Of a stretch of 64,000 bases of DNA, positions 10,012 to 19,502 are shown one piece after another; the first letter of the stretch is position 1; each line of letters opens with the position of its first letter. A program made the position numbers and the translations under genes. Under the pieces are notes generated by a model. It was given only the letters and a program-made list of their open reading frames with translations, was not told the origin of the DNA and searched no databases. The stretch comes from a bacterium (GTDB taxonomy: Bacteria > Omnitrophota > Gorgyraeia > Zapsychrales > Zapsychraceae). Where the stretch lies: the NCBI GenBank assembly GCA_030429765.1, contig JAUIER010000003.1:16402-80401 (forward strand), given 5' to 3'.

Positions 10012-11823
10012 ATGAAATTTATCAAGGTACTACTCATCATTATTCTGGTGCTCATCGTTCTGATGGGCGTTGGTGCTTTTATTTTTATCAAGACATTTGA
10101 CGCGAATCAGTATAAAGACAAGATCACCCAGGAAATGACCAAGGCCCTTAACCGGCCGGTCAATATGGACCGAATCGACCTGAAGATGTCGGCCGCCAGC
10201 GGGGTTTCGCTTGAGGTTGTTAATCTGGATATCAAGGATATGCTGGAGGTTGAGTCAACCTACCTAGCTGTTGACTTGATGCAGTACGCCAAGAATCGGA
10301 AGATTGTTATTCCGAAGGCGATCGTCAAGTCACCCAAGATCACCTTTGTTCAGGCCGGAACCGGAGCCTCCGGGGCGGCGGGTAGCGGGTCGACGTCTGC
10401 ATCTGGGGCTTCAACGAGCGGTGTCCAGGAAATCCCTGAAGTTTCAATTGAGACCATCCGGATCGAGAACGGGACATTGCACTATCGGGACATCACACAG
10501 GCCAAGCCTGTTGACATCAAGATTCAGCAGCTGGATGTGGAGATCAAGGATGTCGCATTGGATAAGCCGTTTCCGTATAAGGTCGCGCTTGCCGTTTTTT
10601 CTGATCAGCAGCAAACGGTGAAGCTGGACGGATTGGCTACATATTTGTCTAAGAGCGGAGAGATACGTGTTCAAGATCTGAAGGTGGATGTGCTGCTTGG
10701 AAAGATGTCATTGGCGCAAATTCTTCAGGCCGCGCCCGACCTGGCCGGATCAGGGCTTCAATCGATTGACGGCGGGACATTGATTCTTAATCTCAAAGAG
10801 CTGCTGCTAAAATCGGACGGACAATTAGGTGATGTCTCGGCCGACGGTCAGCTTAAGGATCTCAAGCTTCGGGTTGAACAGCTTCCGGGGCCGGTTGCGA
10901 TGGATGCCGATTTTCAGATGACAGGAACGGATGTGCGCATCGGACAGGCTGTGGTCAAACTAGCCGACGGCGAAGTCAAGCTGTCGGGGAATTTAACCGA
11001 TGTCATGCAGTCGATGGGATATGATCTGAAGCTGACGATCAATCAAGTGGACGTTACCAAGTTGATGGATCAATCAGAATTGCCGGTCAAGATTGCCGGA
11101 TCGGCTCAGGGGCAATTTGATGTCACCGGGCAGGGGATTGATGAAGCGGCGATCCGCTCAAATCTCTCCGGGGCTGGGCAATTTCGGATCGCGGACGGCC
11201 GGATCAAGGACAAGAATTTGCTGGGGATCGTGGTCAATCAGCTGGCCTGGTTTCCGGATTTTTCGAATCGCTTTAAATCGAACCTTTCGCCCAAGTATCA
11301 GGAGCGGATCAAGGCGGACGATACGGTGCTCAATGACGTGTCCGCGGATGTTCAAATCGCGGCCGGGCAGATCCAACTCAAGAATGTTCAGCTTGATGCG
11401 GATGGCTTCGTCTACAGCGCGTCCGGCCGGATGGACTTTGATCAAAATCTGAATCTGAAGTCTTCATTCAGTTTTGATCAGGAGCTTAGTGATACAATGC
11501 TCAAAATGCAGGGTGAACTATCGGCCTTATTGGACAATTCCCGGCGCGTGAATTTTCCGTTCAAAGATTATCAAGGCAAAGCGGATAAATACGTGCCGAG
11601 ACCGGACACCAAAGAGCTGTTTAAGCAGGGCGTGGCGAACCGCGGTAAGGCGGAACTCAAGAAAGTTTTGTTTAAGGCATTAGACATGGAAGAACAATCG
11701 GCGCCCAAGGTCGAAGGCACTTTGAACACGGGCGTTGAAAGTAATTTATCAGAACCCAAAGAAGTTAGTACAGAAGAAGTTCTGATCGATAATGTCCTTG
11801 ACGCTATTCCGTTATTTAAGTAG
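10012..11823 (+). CDS. AsmA-family protein
   Basis: N-terminal TM anchor followed by FDANQYKDKI...ALNRPV, beta-rich body and AsmA-like C-terminal region; GAGGA SD. Confidence 0.8.
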   Translation: MKFIKVLLIIILVLIVLMGVGAFIFIKTFDANQYKDKITQEMTKALNRPVNMDRIDLKMSAASGVSLEVVNLDIKDMLEVESTYLAVDLMQYAKNRKIVIPKAIVKSPKITFVQAGTGASGAAGSGSTSASGASTSGVQEIPEVSIETIRIENGTLHYRDITQAKPVDIKIQQLDVEIKDVALDKPFPYKVALAVFSDQQQTVKLDGLATYLSKSGEIRVQDLKVDVLLGKMSLAQILQAAPDLAGSGLQSIDGGTLILNLKELLLKSDGQLGDVSADGQLKDLKLRVEQLPGPVAMDADFQMTGTDVRIGQAVVKLADGEVKLSGNLTDVMQSMGYDLKLTINQVDVTKLMDQSELPVKIAGSAQGQFDVTGQGIDEAAIRSNLSGAGQFRIADGRIKDKNLLGIVVNQLAWFPDFSNRFKSNLSPKYQERIKADDTVLNDVSADVQIAAGQIQLKNVQLDADGFVYSASGRMDFDQNLNLKSSFSFDQELSDTMLKMQGELSALLDNSRRVNFPFKDYQGKADKYVPRPDTKELFKQGVANRGKAELKKVLFKALDMEEQSAPKVEGTLNTGVESNLSEPKEVSTEEVLIDNVLDAIPLFK

Positions 11824-11864
11824 GTTTTAAGGCAGTTTGGACTTTTTCGCATCACGTTGGAATT

Positions 11865-11905
11865 ATTTGAAATTCTCTTGTTATAATTTGAAATTCAACT
11901 ATAAT
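11865..11905 (+). promoter_or_regulatory. AT-rich promoter with 11-bp direct repeat upstream of PilZ gene
   Basis: ATTTGAAATTC at 11865-11875 and 11886-11896 (21-bp period); TTGTTA(11878)-16 bp-TATAAT(11900). Confidence 0.45.
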
Positions 11906-11941
11906 AAAAATCAGTTAATCAAAAACGGTTGAAAAAAACAT

Positions 11942-13699
11942 ATGGTCAATAAATCCGATATCATTTATAACGAAGCACGAAACAATTTACGAGTTAAAGA
12001 ATCACGAAGCGTTTTGTGGCGAGTGAACGATGGAGACATCAAAGGTAAAGGTCAAATCCGTAACATTTCAACCACCGGCATGCTGCTCGAGACCAACTCG
12101 AATTTTGTTCCTACCGAAGGCTGCCGATTTTCATTTGATTCCGCACTAGGACACGATAATTTTATCCCGCAAAATGGAAAGCTGGTTTGGCACAAACGCA
12201 AGCCGTTCTCCAAGAATAAATATCTTTGCGGGATTCGCTTTGTTGAACCCGGCGAGTATGTGCTGACCAAGCTTCGACAGCGCGTTCAAAAGGGTATCAA
12301 GCATATTGCCAACGCCCGCCGCATGCGCAAAGTTGTCAATTTTATGATGATCATCGGTATGATCGCCATGACCGCGTATGTACTCTGGGAAGCCAGTCAT
12401 GTCTACCAAAATATGAATACCACCAACCGCCGCATGCTGGATGCCTCGCAGCAACAGGCCCTGTTGACACAGAGCTTTTCCAGCCGATTGGATGTCAGTG
12501 AAATGCAGCTGGCCAGTGTCACGGAAGAGTTGGATGCCACACGTACCTTATATAGGGAAAGCCAGGGGCTGCTTGGGGAGGTTCGCGTAGAATTGGAGCT
12601 GACCAAGGCCGTTTTGGCGGATACCGAATCATTGCTTGAACAAACCAAGACGGATCTTGTCGGAGTTCAAGGTGAGCTGTCAACCACTCAATCTGATCTT
12701 GCCGCCCGAACCAAAGAATTGGAAGGCGTTAAAGAAGAATTACTTGGTGCACAAACCAATTTGGCCGGCGTTAGTGCCGGACGTGATGAGCTGGCGGCCA
12801 AAATTAAGGCGTTGGAAGAATCGAACACCGGGGCCAAGGCTGATTTTGAAAACACCATTCAGCTGCTTGAGCTCAAGAATCTTCAGCTGAACGAAGAGAT
12901 GGCCAAGCTTCAGCAGAAAATCACCGACATCACCGCCGCGAATGTGGCCGCTGCCACGACGAGCGGTACCGTTGAGTCCCGCAATATCGCGTTGACACAA
13001 GAGATAGAAACTCTCAAGTCGCAGTTAGCGGCTGTATCTGAAAGTCAAACCGTCGGTGCTGATCAGAAAATCATCCAGCTGAACGAACAAATCGACAGTC
13101 TCAAGGCGCAATTGGTGACCGCGAACAATCAGAATGCCAACCTCAAAGAAGTCCGCATAGACAATCAAAAGTTGAACGACGATATCATCCGGCTCAAGAA
13201 AATGCTTTTGGCGGTCTCGGAAAGTAAAGTGGCGGGCGCCGAGGCCAAGATGGCCGAGTTGAATACAGAGATCGACGGGCTCAAGGGTGAATTGGCAGCA
13301 TTGTCAGCCGATAATGTTCTCACCAAAGAGCAAGGACAAAATTTAATCAAGACCTATCGTCAGGAAATGGCCAAGGTCAAAGATAAGCTCAAACATTTCC
13401 GCGCCGAGGCCAAGAAAGTCCGTGAGGACGCCTTGATCGAGCGTGACCGAATTCAAATGTCGCTGGGCAACCAGGGATACTTCATGAAAAACGGTAAGGC
13501 CGTCCAAGTGGACTACGCCAAGTATGAGAATGTCGGCTTAAATGAAGTCCGCCAAAATCAGGAGATCGAAGCGGTGGCCATCAATGTTCCGGAGGTGGGA
13601 GCCACATCCGCGACACCGGCCGTCGAGCCGACACCGGCGAGTGTAGACAAGCCAATCGACAATCGTCAGTTTGAAATTGACGTCACGTTTGTCGAATAA
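11942..13699 (+). CDS. PilZ-domain inner-membrane protein with long coiled coil
   Basis: RNNLR (RxxxR) and NISTTG ([DN]xSxxG) PilZ motifs, GIRF end of barrel, one TM (VVNFMMIIGMIAMTAYVLW), then several hundred residues of heptad-rich coiled coil. Confidence 0.8.
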   Translation: MVNKSDIIYNEARNNLRVKESRSVLWRVNDGDIKGKGQIRNISTTGMLLETNSNFVPTEGCRFSFDSALGHDNFIPQNGKLVWHKRKPFSKNKYLCGIRFVEPGEYVLTKLRQRVQKGIKHIANARRMRKVVNFMMIIGMIAMTAYVLWEASHVYQNMNTTNRRMLDASQQQALLTQSFSSRLDVSEMQLASVTEELDATRTLYRESQGLLGEVRVELELTKAVLADTESLLEQTKTDLVGVQGELSTTQSDLAARTKELEGVKEELLGAQTNLAGVSAGRDELAAKIKALEESNTGAKADFENTIQLLELKNLQLNEEMAKLQQKITDITAANVAAATTSGTVESRNIALTQEIETLKSQLAAVSESQTVGADQKIIQLNEQIDSLKAQLVTANNQNANLKEVRIDNQKLNDDIIRLKKMLLAVSESKVAGAEAKMAELNTEIDGLKGELAALSADNVLTKEQGQNLIKTYRQEMAKVKDKLKHFRAEAKKVREDALIERDRIQMSLGNQGYFMKNGKAVQVDYAKYENVGLNEVRQNQEIEAVAINVPEVGATSATPAVEPTPASVDKPIDNRQFEIDVTFVE

Positions 13700-13731
13700 A
13701 TCCGCCTGATTATCCTTCCATCCAACGTATC

Positions 13732-14508
13732 GTGATCAAACGTTCCAAGAAAATTACACGAACGGATCAGATTTTTTCTTCTCAATCAGTCAAGTTACCC
13801 TATGTACTTGTGCGCTCAAATGCCCGGCGGACATCAACGATTATGGTGGACGAACAGGCCAAGGTCAGCGTCTATGTTCCTTATAAGGCGTCGCAAGTAT
13901 ATGTAGATGCTTTTATCCGTGAGAAGATCAACTGGATTGAGAAATGCGTGGCCAATGCCCGCCAGAATCAACGGATCATCGAGCAGAAAAAGTTTGATCA
14001 CGGCGGGAAATTCTGGTTTCTCGGTAAAAAGTATCCGATTCATGTCAAAGCTGATAATCTGAAACGCGCGGTGATCCATTTTGATGGACTAGGCTGGACG
14101 GTTCGGGTCCCGCCCGATATCGAGGATGAACGCCGTGAGGAGATGATTCGGGACAAGCTGGTCAAGTGGTACCGTCAGCAGGCCGAAGAGATCCTTGGAG
14201 GCCGGATCTTTCATTATTCACGAGTGATCGGTGTTGAGCCTAAAAAGATTGCCGTCCGCAGCCAGAAACGGATGTGGGGATGCTGCGACTATACGCGGCA
14301 GGTCATCCACCTCAATTGGCAGATTGTCCTGACGCCCATCCGGGTGATTGACTATGTGGTGGTCCACGAGTTATGCCATTTGATTCATCCCAATCACAGC
14401 AAGCGGTTTTGGAATAAGGTGGGGTCGGTGATGCCTGAATATCAGGAATATCGGGATTGGTTGCGACGTAATCAGACCGAACTGATGCTGCCGATGGCCA
14501 GGACATGA
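13732..14508 (+). CDS. YgjP/DUF45 (SprT-like, M48-type) metal-dependent hydrolase
   Basis: KRMWGCC and IDYVVVHELCHLIHPNHSKRFW (HExxH) motifs. Confidence 0.9.
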   Translation: MIKRSKKITRTDQIFSSQSVKLPYVLVRSNARRTSTIMVDEQAKVSVYVPYKASQVYVDAFIREKINWIEKCVANARQNQRIIEQKKFDHGGKFWFLGKKYPIHVKADNLKRAVIHFDGLGWTVRVPPDIEDERREEMIRDKLVKWYRQQAEEILGGRIFHYSRVIGVEPKKIAVRSQKRMWGCCDYTRQVIHLNWQIVLTPIRVIDYVVVHELCHLIHPNHSKRFWNKVGSVMPEYQEYRDWLRRNQTELMLPMART

Positions 14509-14726
14509 AGATTTACGTTCGGGTGATCCCCCAGGCCAAACGTGCCCAGATTCGCCAGGAAGACACGGGGTTGAAGGTGTATCTGACAGCCCCCGCGGTC
14601 GACGGCAAGGCGAATAAGGCGCTTCTGGCTGTATTGGCCGATTTCTACGGGGTGCGAAAAAGCCGGATTCAGATCATAAAGGGATTGAAATCACGGGACA
14701 AAACAATTATGATAGAAGGCATTTGA
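14505..14726 (+). CDS. DUF167 (YggU/UPF0235) protein
   Basis: VRVIPQAK, APAVDGKANKAL, GLKSRDK motifs; ATGA overlap with upstream gene. Confidence 0.9.
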   Translation: MKIYVRVIPQAKRAQIRQEDTGLKVYLTAPAVDGKANKALLAVLADFYGVRKSRIQIIKGLKSRDKTIMIEGI

Positions 14727-14780
14727 AGCGGACCAGAGGCCTCCCAGGCCCGAATCGGTCCCAAAAAGCCTGGAGACAAC

Positions 14781-15230
14781 ATGTTACAAGAGCAAATCAA
14801 CAAAGATTATATCACCGCCATGAAGGCGCGGGATTCCGTGAAATCATCAACCTTGAACTTTTTACGTGCGCAGTTGAAGAACGTGAGCATCGAGCAGCAG
14901 ACCGAGAAACTCTCGGACGATGCGGTGATCGCAGTATTAAAAAAGCAGATCAAACAGCGTCAGGATTCTATTGAGCAATTCAAACAGGCCGGACGGACCG
15001 AGCTTGTCGACAAAGAATCGGCCGAATTGGCGGTGTTGCAGGAGTATTTACCCGAGCAGATGTCCGCCGAACAGATTGAGGTTATTGTCAAGGATGCCGT
15101 GGCTGAACTACAGGCGAGTTCGATGAAAGATATGGGTCGCGTGATGAAAGCGGTCGGTGAGAAGACCGGGGGCAATGCCGACAACAAGGTCGTCAGCGAA
15201 GTGGTTAAGAAGATCTTAATGAACCAGTAG
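14781..15230 (+). CDS. GatB/YqeY domain protein
   Basis: AMKARD, KQRQDSIEQFKQAGR, YLPEQMS, MKDMGRVM; GGAG SD. Confidence 0.93.
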   Translation: MLQEQINKDYITAMKARDSVKSSTLNFLRAQLKNVSIEQQTEKLSDDAVIAVLKKQIKQRQDSIEQFKQAGRTELVDKESAELAVLQEYLPEQMSAEQIEVIVKDAVAELQASSMKDMGRVMKAVGEKTGGNADNKVVSEVVKKILMNQ

Positions 15231-15239
15231 GCGTAGCAG

Positions 15240-16049
15240 ATGACAAAGACAAAGGATAGTAAGCGGCCGCATGTTGTTATGCGGCTTGTTATCGTATTAG
15301 GACTGGTGATCGGACTGGGGATGAGCTTTTGGCTGATCTGGATTGATCAGCATCGAATTGTGCCGATCGTGATGTATCATCATATAGATGAGCTGGATCA
15401 TCATGCGGTGGCCACGATACCCGCCGACCGGTTTGAAAAACATTTACAGTATCTCAAAGATCACCGATTTGATGTGCTTTCGATGGATGAACTGGTACAG
15501 GCCAAACGATCCGGACAGCGGATATCCCGAAAGACGGTCGCGTTAACTTTTGACGACGGATACGTTGACAATTATGAACAGGCGTATCCGTTGCTCAAGC
15601 GTTATGGATTTCCTGCCACGATGTTTATCAGTTCGGATCTCGTCGGAAAGCCCGGCTATATCAGCTGGGATCAGGCCCGTGAAATGCAGAATAACGGTAT
15701 CACCTTCGGCAGCCATACGCGCCGGCATATTTATTTACCGGACGCGGACCGTGAAGAGCAGTTAGACGAAATTGTGAACAGCCGCAAGATTTTGGAACGC
15801 GAGCTCGGGATGCCGGTCAAACATTTTTCATATCCCGTCGGCGGCTTTAATCACGAAATCAAGCAGATGGTTAAAGTGGCAGGATACCAAAGCGCGGTGT
15901 CGACCAATCGGGGATATGATCGATATAACGAGGACGTGTTTGAATTTAACCGCGTCACGATCGATGAGACCGACAATTTCGGTGCGATCCGCTGGGCTAA
16001 ATTTTCAGGGTATTACAATCTATTCCGCACACCCAAGAATCCAGAATAA
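15240..16049 (+). CDS. Membrane-anchored polysaccharide deacetylase (CE4)
   Basis: N-terminal TM; PIVMYHH, LTFDDGY, GSHTRRH and FSYPVG motifs. Confidence 0.9.
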   Translation: MTKTKDSKRPHVVMRLVIVLGLVIGLGMSFWLIWIDQHRIVPIVMYHHIDELDHHAVATIPADRFEKHLQYLKDHRFDVLSMDELVQAKRSGQRISRKTVALTFDDGYVDNYEQAYPLLKRYGFPATMFISSDLVGKPGYISWDQAREMQNNGITFGSHTRRHIYLPDADREEQLDEIVNSRKILERELGMPVKHFSYPVGGFNHEIKQMVKVAGYQSAVSTNRGYDRYNEDVFEFNRVTIDETDNFGAIRWAKFSGYYNLFRTPKNPE

Positions 16050-16070
16050 ATTATAGAGAAGGATATTTTC

Positions 16071-19000
16071 ATGACAAAATCAGCAGTCAAGTACTCCATT
16101 AATAGCAACGGCTATTTCGTAATAGAAGATTATAACCGATCCAAAGTTTTCAGTAGTTTCTTTCCGGGCGTTGCCGGGCTTTGGGGGATTCCGATGTGGG
16201 TGTTTTATGTGAACAGAGGTCAGGGGATAGCCAGTTTCGGTATTCAGTCCAAGGACAAGGCGATCATGGAATTTCAGCCCGCCAACAAATCCTACCGGCT
16301 CACAACCCTTCAAGGGTTTCGCACATTTATCAAGGTCAAACAAGGACAGAAAACCACCTACTGGGAGCCCTTCCAGAATAATTTTGATGGGACAGACTTT
16401 AAGAAAAAACAGAATATGTATATATCGGCGCATGATCTGATCCTGGAAGAAGTCAATCAGGATTTGGGGTTGACGGTCCGGGTCAATTATTTCACATTGC
16501 CGGACGAGCCGTATTCCGCGCTGATGCGGCGTGTTTCCGTCGAGAATACAAGCGGTAAGAAGTGTTCTATCGAGATCCTGGACGGTATGCCGGCGATTGT
16601 GCCGTTCGGACTCAAAGATTGGCTAATCAAAAATCTGGCCCGTACGGTCGAGGCTTGGGTTAAGGTCCGTAATCTCGATGAGCGGGCGCCGTTCTATCAG
16701 CTGAATGTTGAGGTCGCGGATACGTCACAGGTCACGCACATTACGGAAGGCAATTTCTTCTTCAGCTTTGACGCCACGGCGTCGAAGAAGACTATGCTTC
16801 GGCCGATCGTCGAGGCGACGAAGATCTTCGGATCTAATCTGGATTTCAGCAGTCCCGAAAAATTTGTCAACAATACCTTCCAGCCGTCGTCCAAACAAAC
16901 GACCAACAATAAAACGCCATGCGCCTTCGCGCATCACACGTTCAGTCTGCCGGCAGGCAAGACGCATGAAATTGTTTCAGTCTTCGGTTACGCCCGGGAT
17001 GTGGATCAGCTCAAAGAGGTCCAGAAGCAGGTCGTTCAGGAAGGTTTTGTTCCGGCTAAAGAATCACAAAATCGTGAGATCATCGATGATATCAAAAACT
17101 ACGCGCAGACTAACAGCGCGTCGGAGAATTTCAATTTGTATGCCGGACATACATTTCTGGACAATATTCTACGCGGCGGTTTGCCGATTTCGGTGAGAAC
17201 GAGCGAAGGGAATATTGCCTTCAACGTATACAGCCGTAAACACGGCGATCTGGAACGCGATTATAATCATTTTGTCGTCGCGCCGACATTTTATTCTCAA
17301 GGCAACGGGAATTACCGCGATGTGAATCAGAACCGGCGGAATGATGTCTGGTTCAATGCTGACGTTAAGGAAAGTCACATCGTCAGTTTTCTTAACTTGT
17401 CACAGGCGGATGGATATAATCCATTGGTGGTGAAGGGAACGTCGTTCCGGGTCATGGAACGGAAGGACGCGGACCGGATCATTGATGAGTTTGTGGAGTC
17501 GGGCGACAAAGATCTATTGCGTGATTTTCTGATGAAGAACTTTCAGCCAGGTGAACTGCTGGTCTTCGTCGACGAGAATGACATCAAGATTCGTGAAAAC
17601 GTCCGCGTTTTTCTCGGAAGCGTTCTTGAGATCAGCCAAAAGCAGGAGATGGCGGATCACGGGGAAGGATTCTGGTCGGATCACTGGACATACAATCTGG
17701 ACTTGATTCAGAGTTATCTGTCATTGTACCCCGAGCGTCTGCGTGAACTGCTGATCGAAAACAACGAGTTCAGATTTTATCTGAATCACCATTATGTCCG
17801 GCCGCGAGATCAGCGATTTTACCTGACTGAACATGGGGTGCGTCAGTATGAATCGGTGTGTGATGACAGTAAAGACTTTGATCCGTCGAAGTTTAATTTT
17901 CGGCTCAAGACCCGCAGCGGACAAGGCGAGGAATACACCACAAACCTTTTATGCAAACTATTGTGTTTGATCGTCAATAAGGCGGCCAGTCTGGACCCCA
18001 GCGGATGCGGGGTGGAGATGGAGGCCGATAAACCCAATTGGTATGACGCGTTGAATGGCTTACCGGGTCTCGTCGGCTCGTCGGTGTCCGAGACATTTGA
18101 GCTGCAGCGATACAGTGCGTTCTTACTGGACGCCATCGATAAACTCGAGCTGAAGGACAAGGATGAGTTTCCAATCTTTGAAGAGCTGGCTTCGTTTATT
18201 ACGGGCGTCACGAATTTGTTGAGGGTCAATCATTCGGCTCTGGACTATTGGAACAAGTCCAATGATATCAAGGAAAACTATCGTCAGCGGGTCCGCCGTT
18301 TTATCGACGGGCGGGAAACCAAGATGACGGTCCATGAAATTCGCGCGTTCTTGGAGTTGGTGATCAAGAAAACCACGGAATCCTTAAAGATCGCGCGTAA
18401 CAAAAAGGGACAACTGGCCACATATTTCTATCATGAGGTTACAGACTACAAAAAAATCGAAGGTCAGCATAATGAAGAGCACACGCTGGTCCGTCCGCTG
18501 GCCTTTAAAAAGCATGCGCTGCCGTTGTTCCTCGAGGGCTATGTGCACGCCATGAAGATTCAAACCAGTGTCGCCGATGCCCGGAAGATGTACCGTGAAA
18601 TTCAAAAAAGCGATCTTTATGATGAAAAACTCAAGATGTACAAGGTGAACACAAATCTGGATTCGGAAACCGAGGAGATCGGACGCACACGGATATTCCC
18701 GTCGGGATGGCTGGAAAATGAATCGGTGTGGCTACACATGGAGTATAAGTTCATCCTTGAAATCCTGAGGGCTGAGCTGTTTGAAGAGTTTTACGACAAT
18801 TTCAAGAACGTGTTTGTACCGTTCCAAAAGCCGGCGCGTTATGGCCGAAGTATTTTAGAAAACTCATCGTTTATTGTCAGCAGCGCGCATGAGGACAAAG
18901 ATCTGCATGGACGCGGTTTTGTCGCCCGTCTGTCCGGTAGTACGGCTGAATTTCTGCATATCTGGCTGGTGATGAACGCGGGAGAGCGTCCATTTGCCTT

Positions 19001-19349
19001 GAACAAGGAGGGTGAGCTGGTACTTGAGTTTCAGCCGGCCCTGGCGAGTTGGCTGTTTACGACCAAAGCCACAACCGTTGATTTTGCAGATATTCATCAA
19101 AATCGTTATACCTGGAAACTGCCAAAAAGTTCGTACGCCTTCAAGTTTCTGAACTCCACGCTCGTGGTCTACCATAATCCCAAGCGGAAGAATACATTCG
19201 GTAAGGACAAAGCGGTAGTCCAGCGTGTTGAGATTCTGTTTGATTCGCAGGAGGCCCCGGTGGTGGTTGATGCGGCGCAGATTCCGTCACAGTACGCCCG
19301 TCAGATCCGTGATCAAAAGGCCATACGAATCGATGTTCATCTGGGCTAA
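16071..19349 (+). CDS. GH161-type beta-1,3-glucan phosphorylase (often annotated cellobiose phosphorylase)
   Basis: FSSFFPGVAGLWGIPMWVFYVNRGQGIASFG, YSRKHGDLERDYN, SQGNGNYRDVNQNRR, GWLENESVWLHMEYK, GRGFVARLSGSTAEF match the GH161 family as I recall it; about 1090 aa. Confidence 0.8.
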   Translation: MTKSAVKYSINSNGYFVIEDYNRSKVFSSFFPGVAGLWGIPMWVFYVNRGQGIASFGIQSKDKAIMEFQPANKSYRLTTLQGFRTFIKVKQGQKTTYWEPFQNNFDGTDFKKKQNMYISAHDLILEEVNQDLGLTVRVNYFTLPDEPYSALMRRVSVENTSGKKCSIEILDGMPAIVPFGLKDWLIKNLARTVEAWVKVRNLDERAPFYQLNVEVADTSQVTHITEGNFFFSFDATASKKTMLRPIVEATKIFGSNLDFSSPEKFVNNTFQPSSKQTTNNKTPCAFAHHTFSLPAGKTHEIVSVFGYARDVDQLKEVQKQVVQEGFVPAKESQNREIIDDIKNYAQTNSASENFNLYAGHTFLDNILRGGLPISVRTSEGNIAFNVYSRKHGDLERDYNHFVVAPTFYSQGNGNYRDVNQNRRNDVWFNADVKESHIVSFLNLSQADGYNPLVVKGTSFRVMERKDADRIIDEFVESGDKDLLRDFLMKNFQPGELLVFVDENDIKIRENVRVFLGSVLEISQKQEMADHGEGFWSDHWTYNLDLIQSYLSLYPERLRELLIENNEFRFYLNHHYVRPRDQRFYLTEHGVRQYESVCDDSKDFDPSKFNFRLKTRSGQGEEYTTNLLCKLLCLIVNKAASLDPSGCGVEMEADKPNWYDALNGLPGLVGSSVSETFELQRYSAFLLDAIDKLELKDKDEFPIFEELASFITGVTNLLRVNHSALDYWNKSNDIKENYRQRVRRFIDGRETKMTVHEIRAFLELVIKKTTESLKIARNKKGQLATYFYHEVTDYKKIEGQHNEEHTLVRPLAFKKHALPLFLEGYVHAMKIQTSVADARKMYREIQKSDLYDEKLKMYKVNTNLDSETEEIGRTRIFPSGWLENESVWLHMEYKFILEILRAELFEEFYDNFKNVFVPFQKPARYGRSILENSSFIVSSAHEDKDLHGRGFVARLSGSTAEFLHIWLVMNAGERPFALNKEGELVLEFQPALASWLFTTKATTVDFADIHQNRYTWKLPKSSYAFKFLNSTLVVYHNPKRKNTFGKDKAVVQRVEILFDSQEAPVVVDAAQIPSQYARQIRDQKAIRIDVHLG

Positions 19350-19392
19350 TACCGTGTAGGTACAACGAGTTTTATGAGTTGAGCGTAAGTTG

Positions 19393-19413
19393 TTGTAATA
19401 TAAATAATTACAA
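19393..19413. promoter_or_regulatory. Operator-like inverted repeat upstream of the 2077-aa gene
   Basis: TTGTAAT-N7-ATTACAA perfect 7-bp inverted repeat in an AT-rich 153-bp intergenic region. Confidence 0.4.
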
Positions 19414-19502
19414 TTCATTCGGCGCTCAGCTGATCCTTCCAACGACAGCTGTATTGTTGTATACTTATAAGAGGAATATCTTCTAATATTTATACTAATA
19501 AT

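Noticed and set aside
14723-14974. 83-aa ORF overlapping yqeY and a small CCAGGC/GCCTGG hairpin near its SD
   Set aside because: Out-of-frame overlap with a well-supported gene; the hairpin is short and unsupported.
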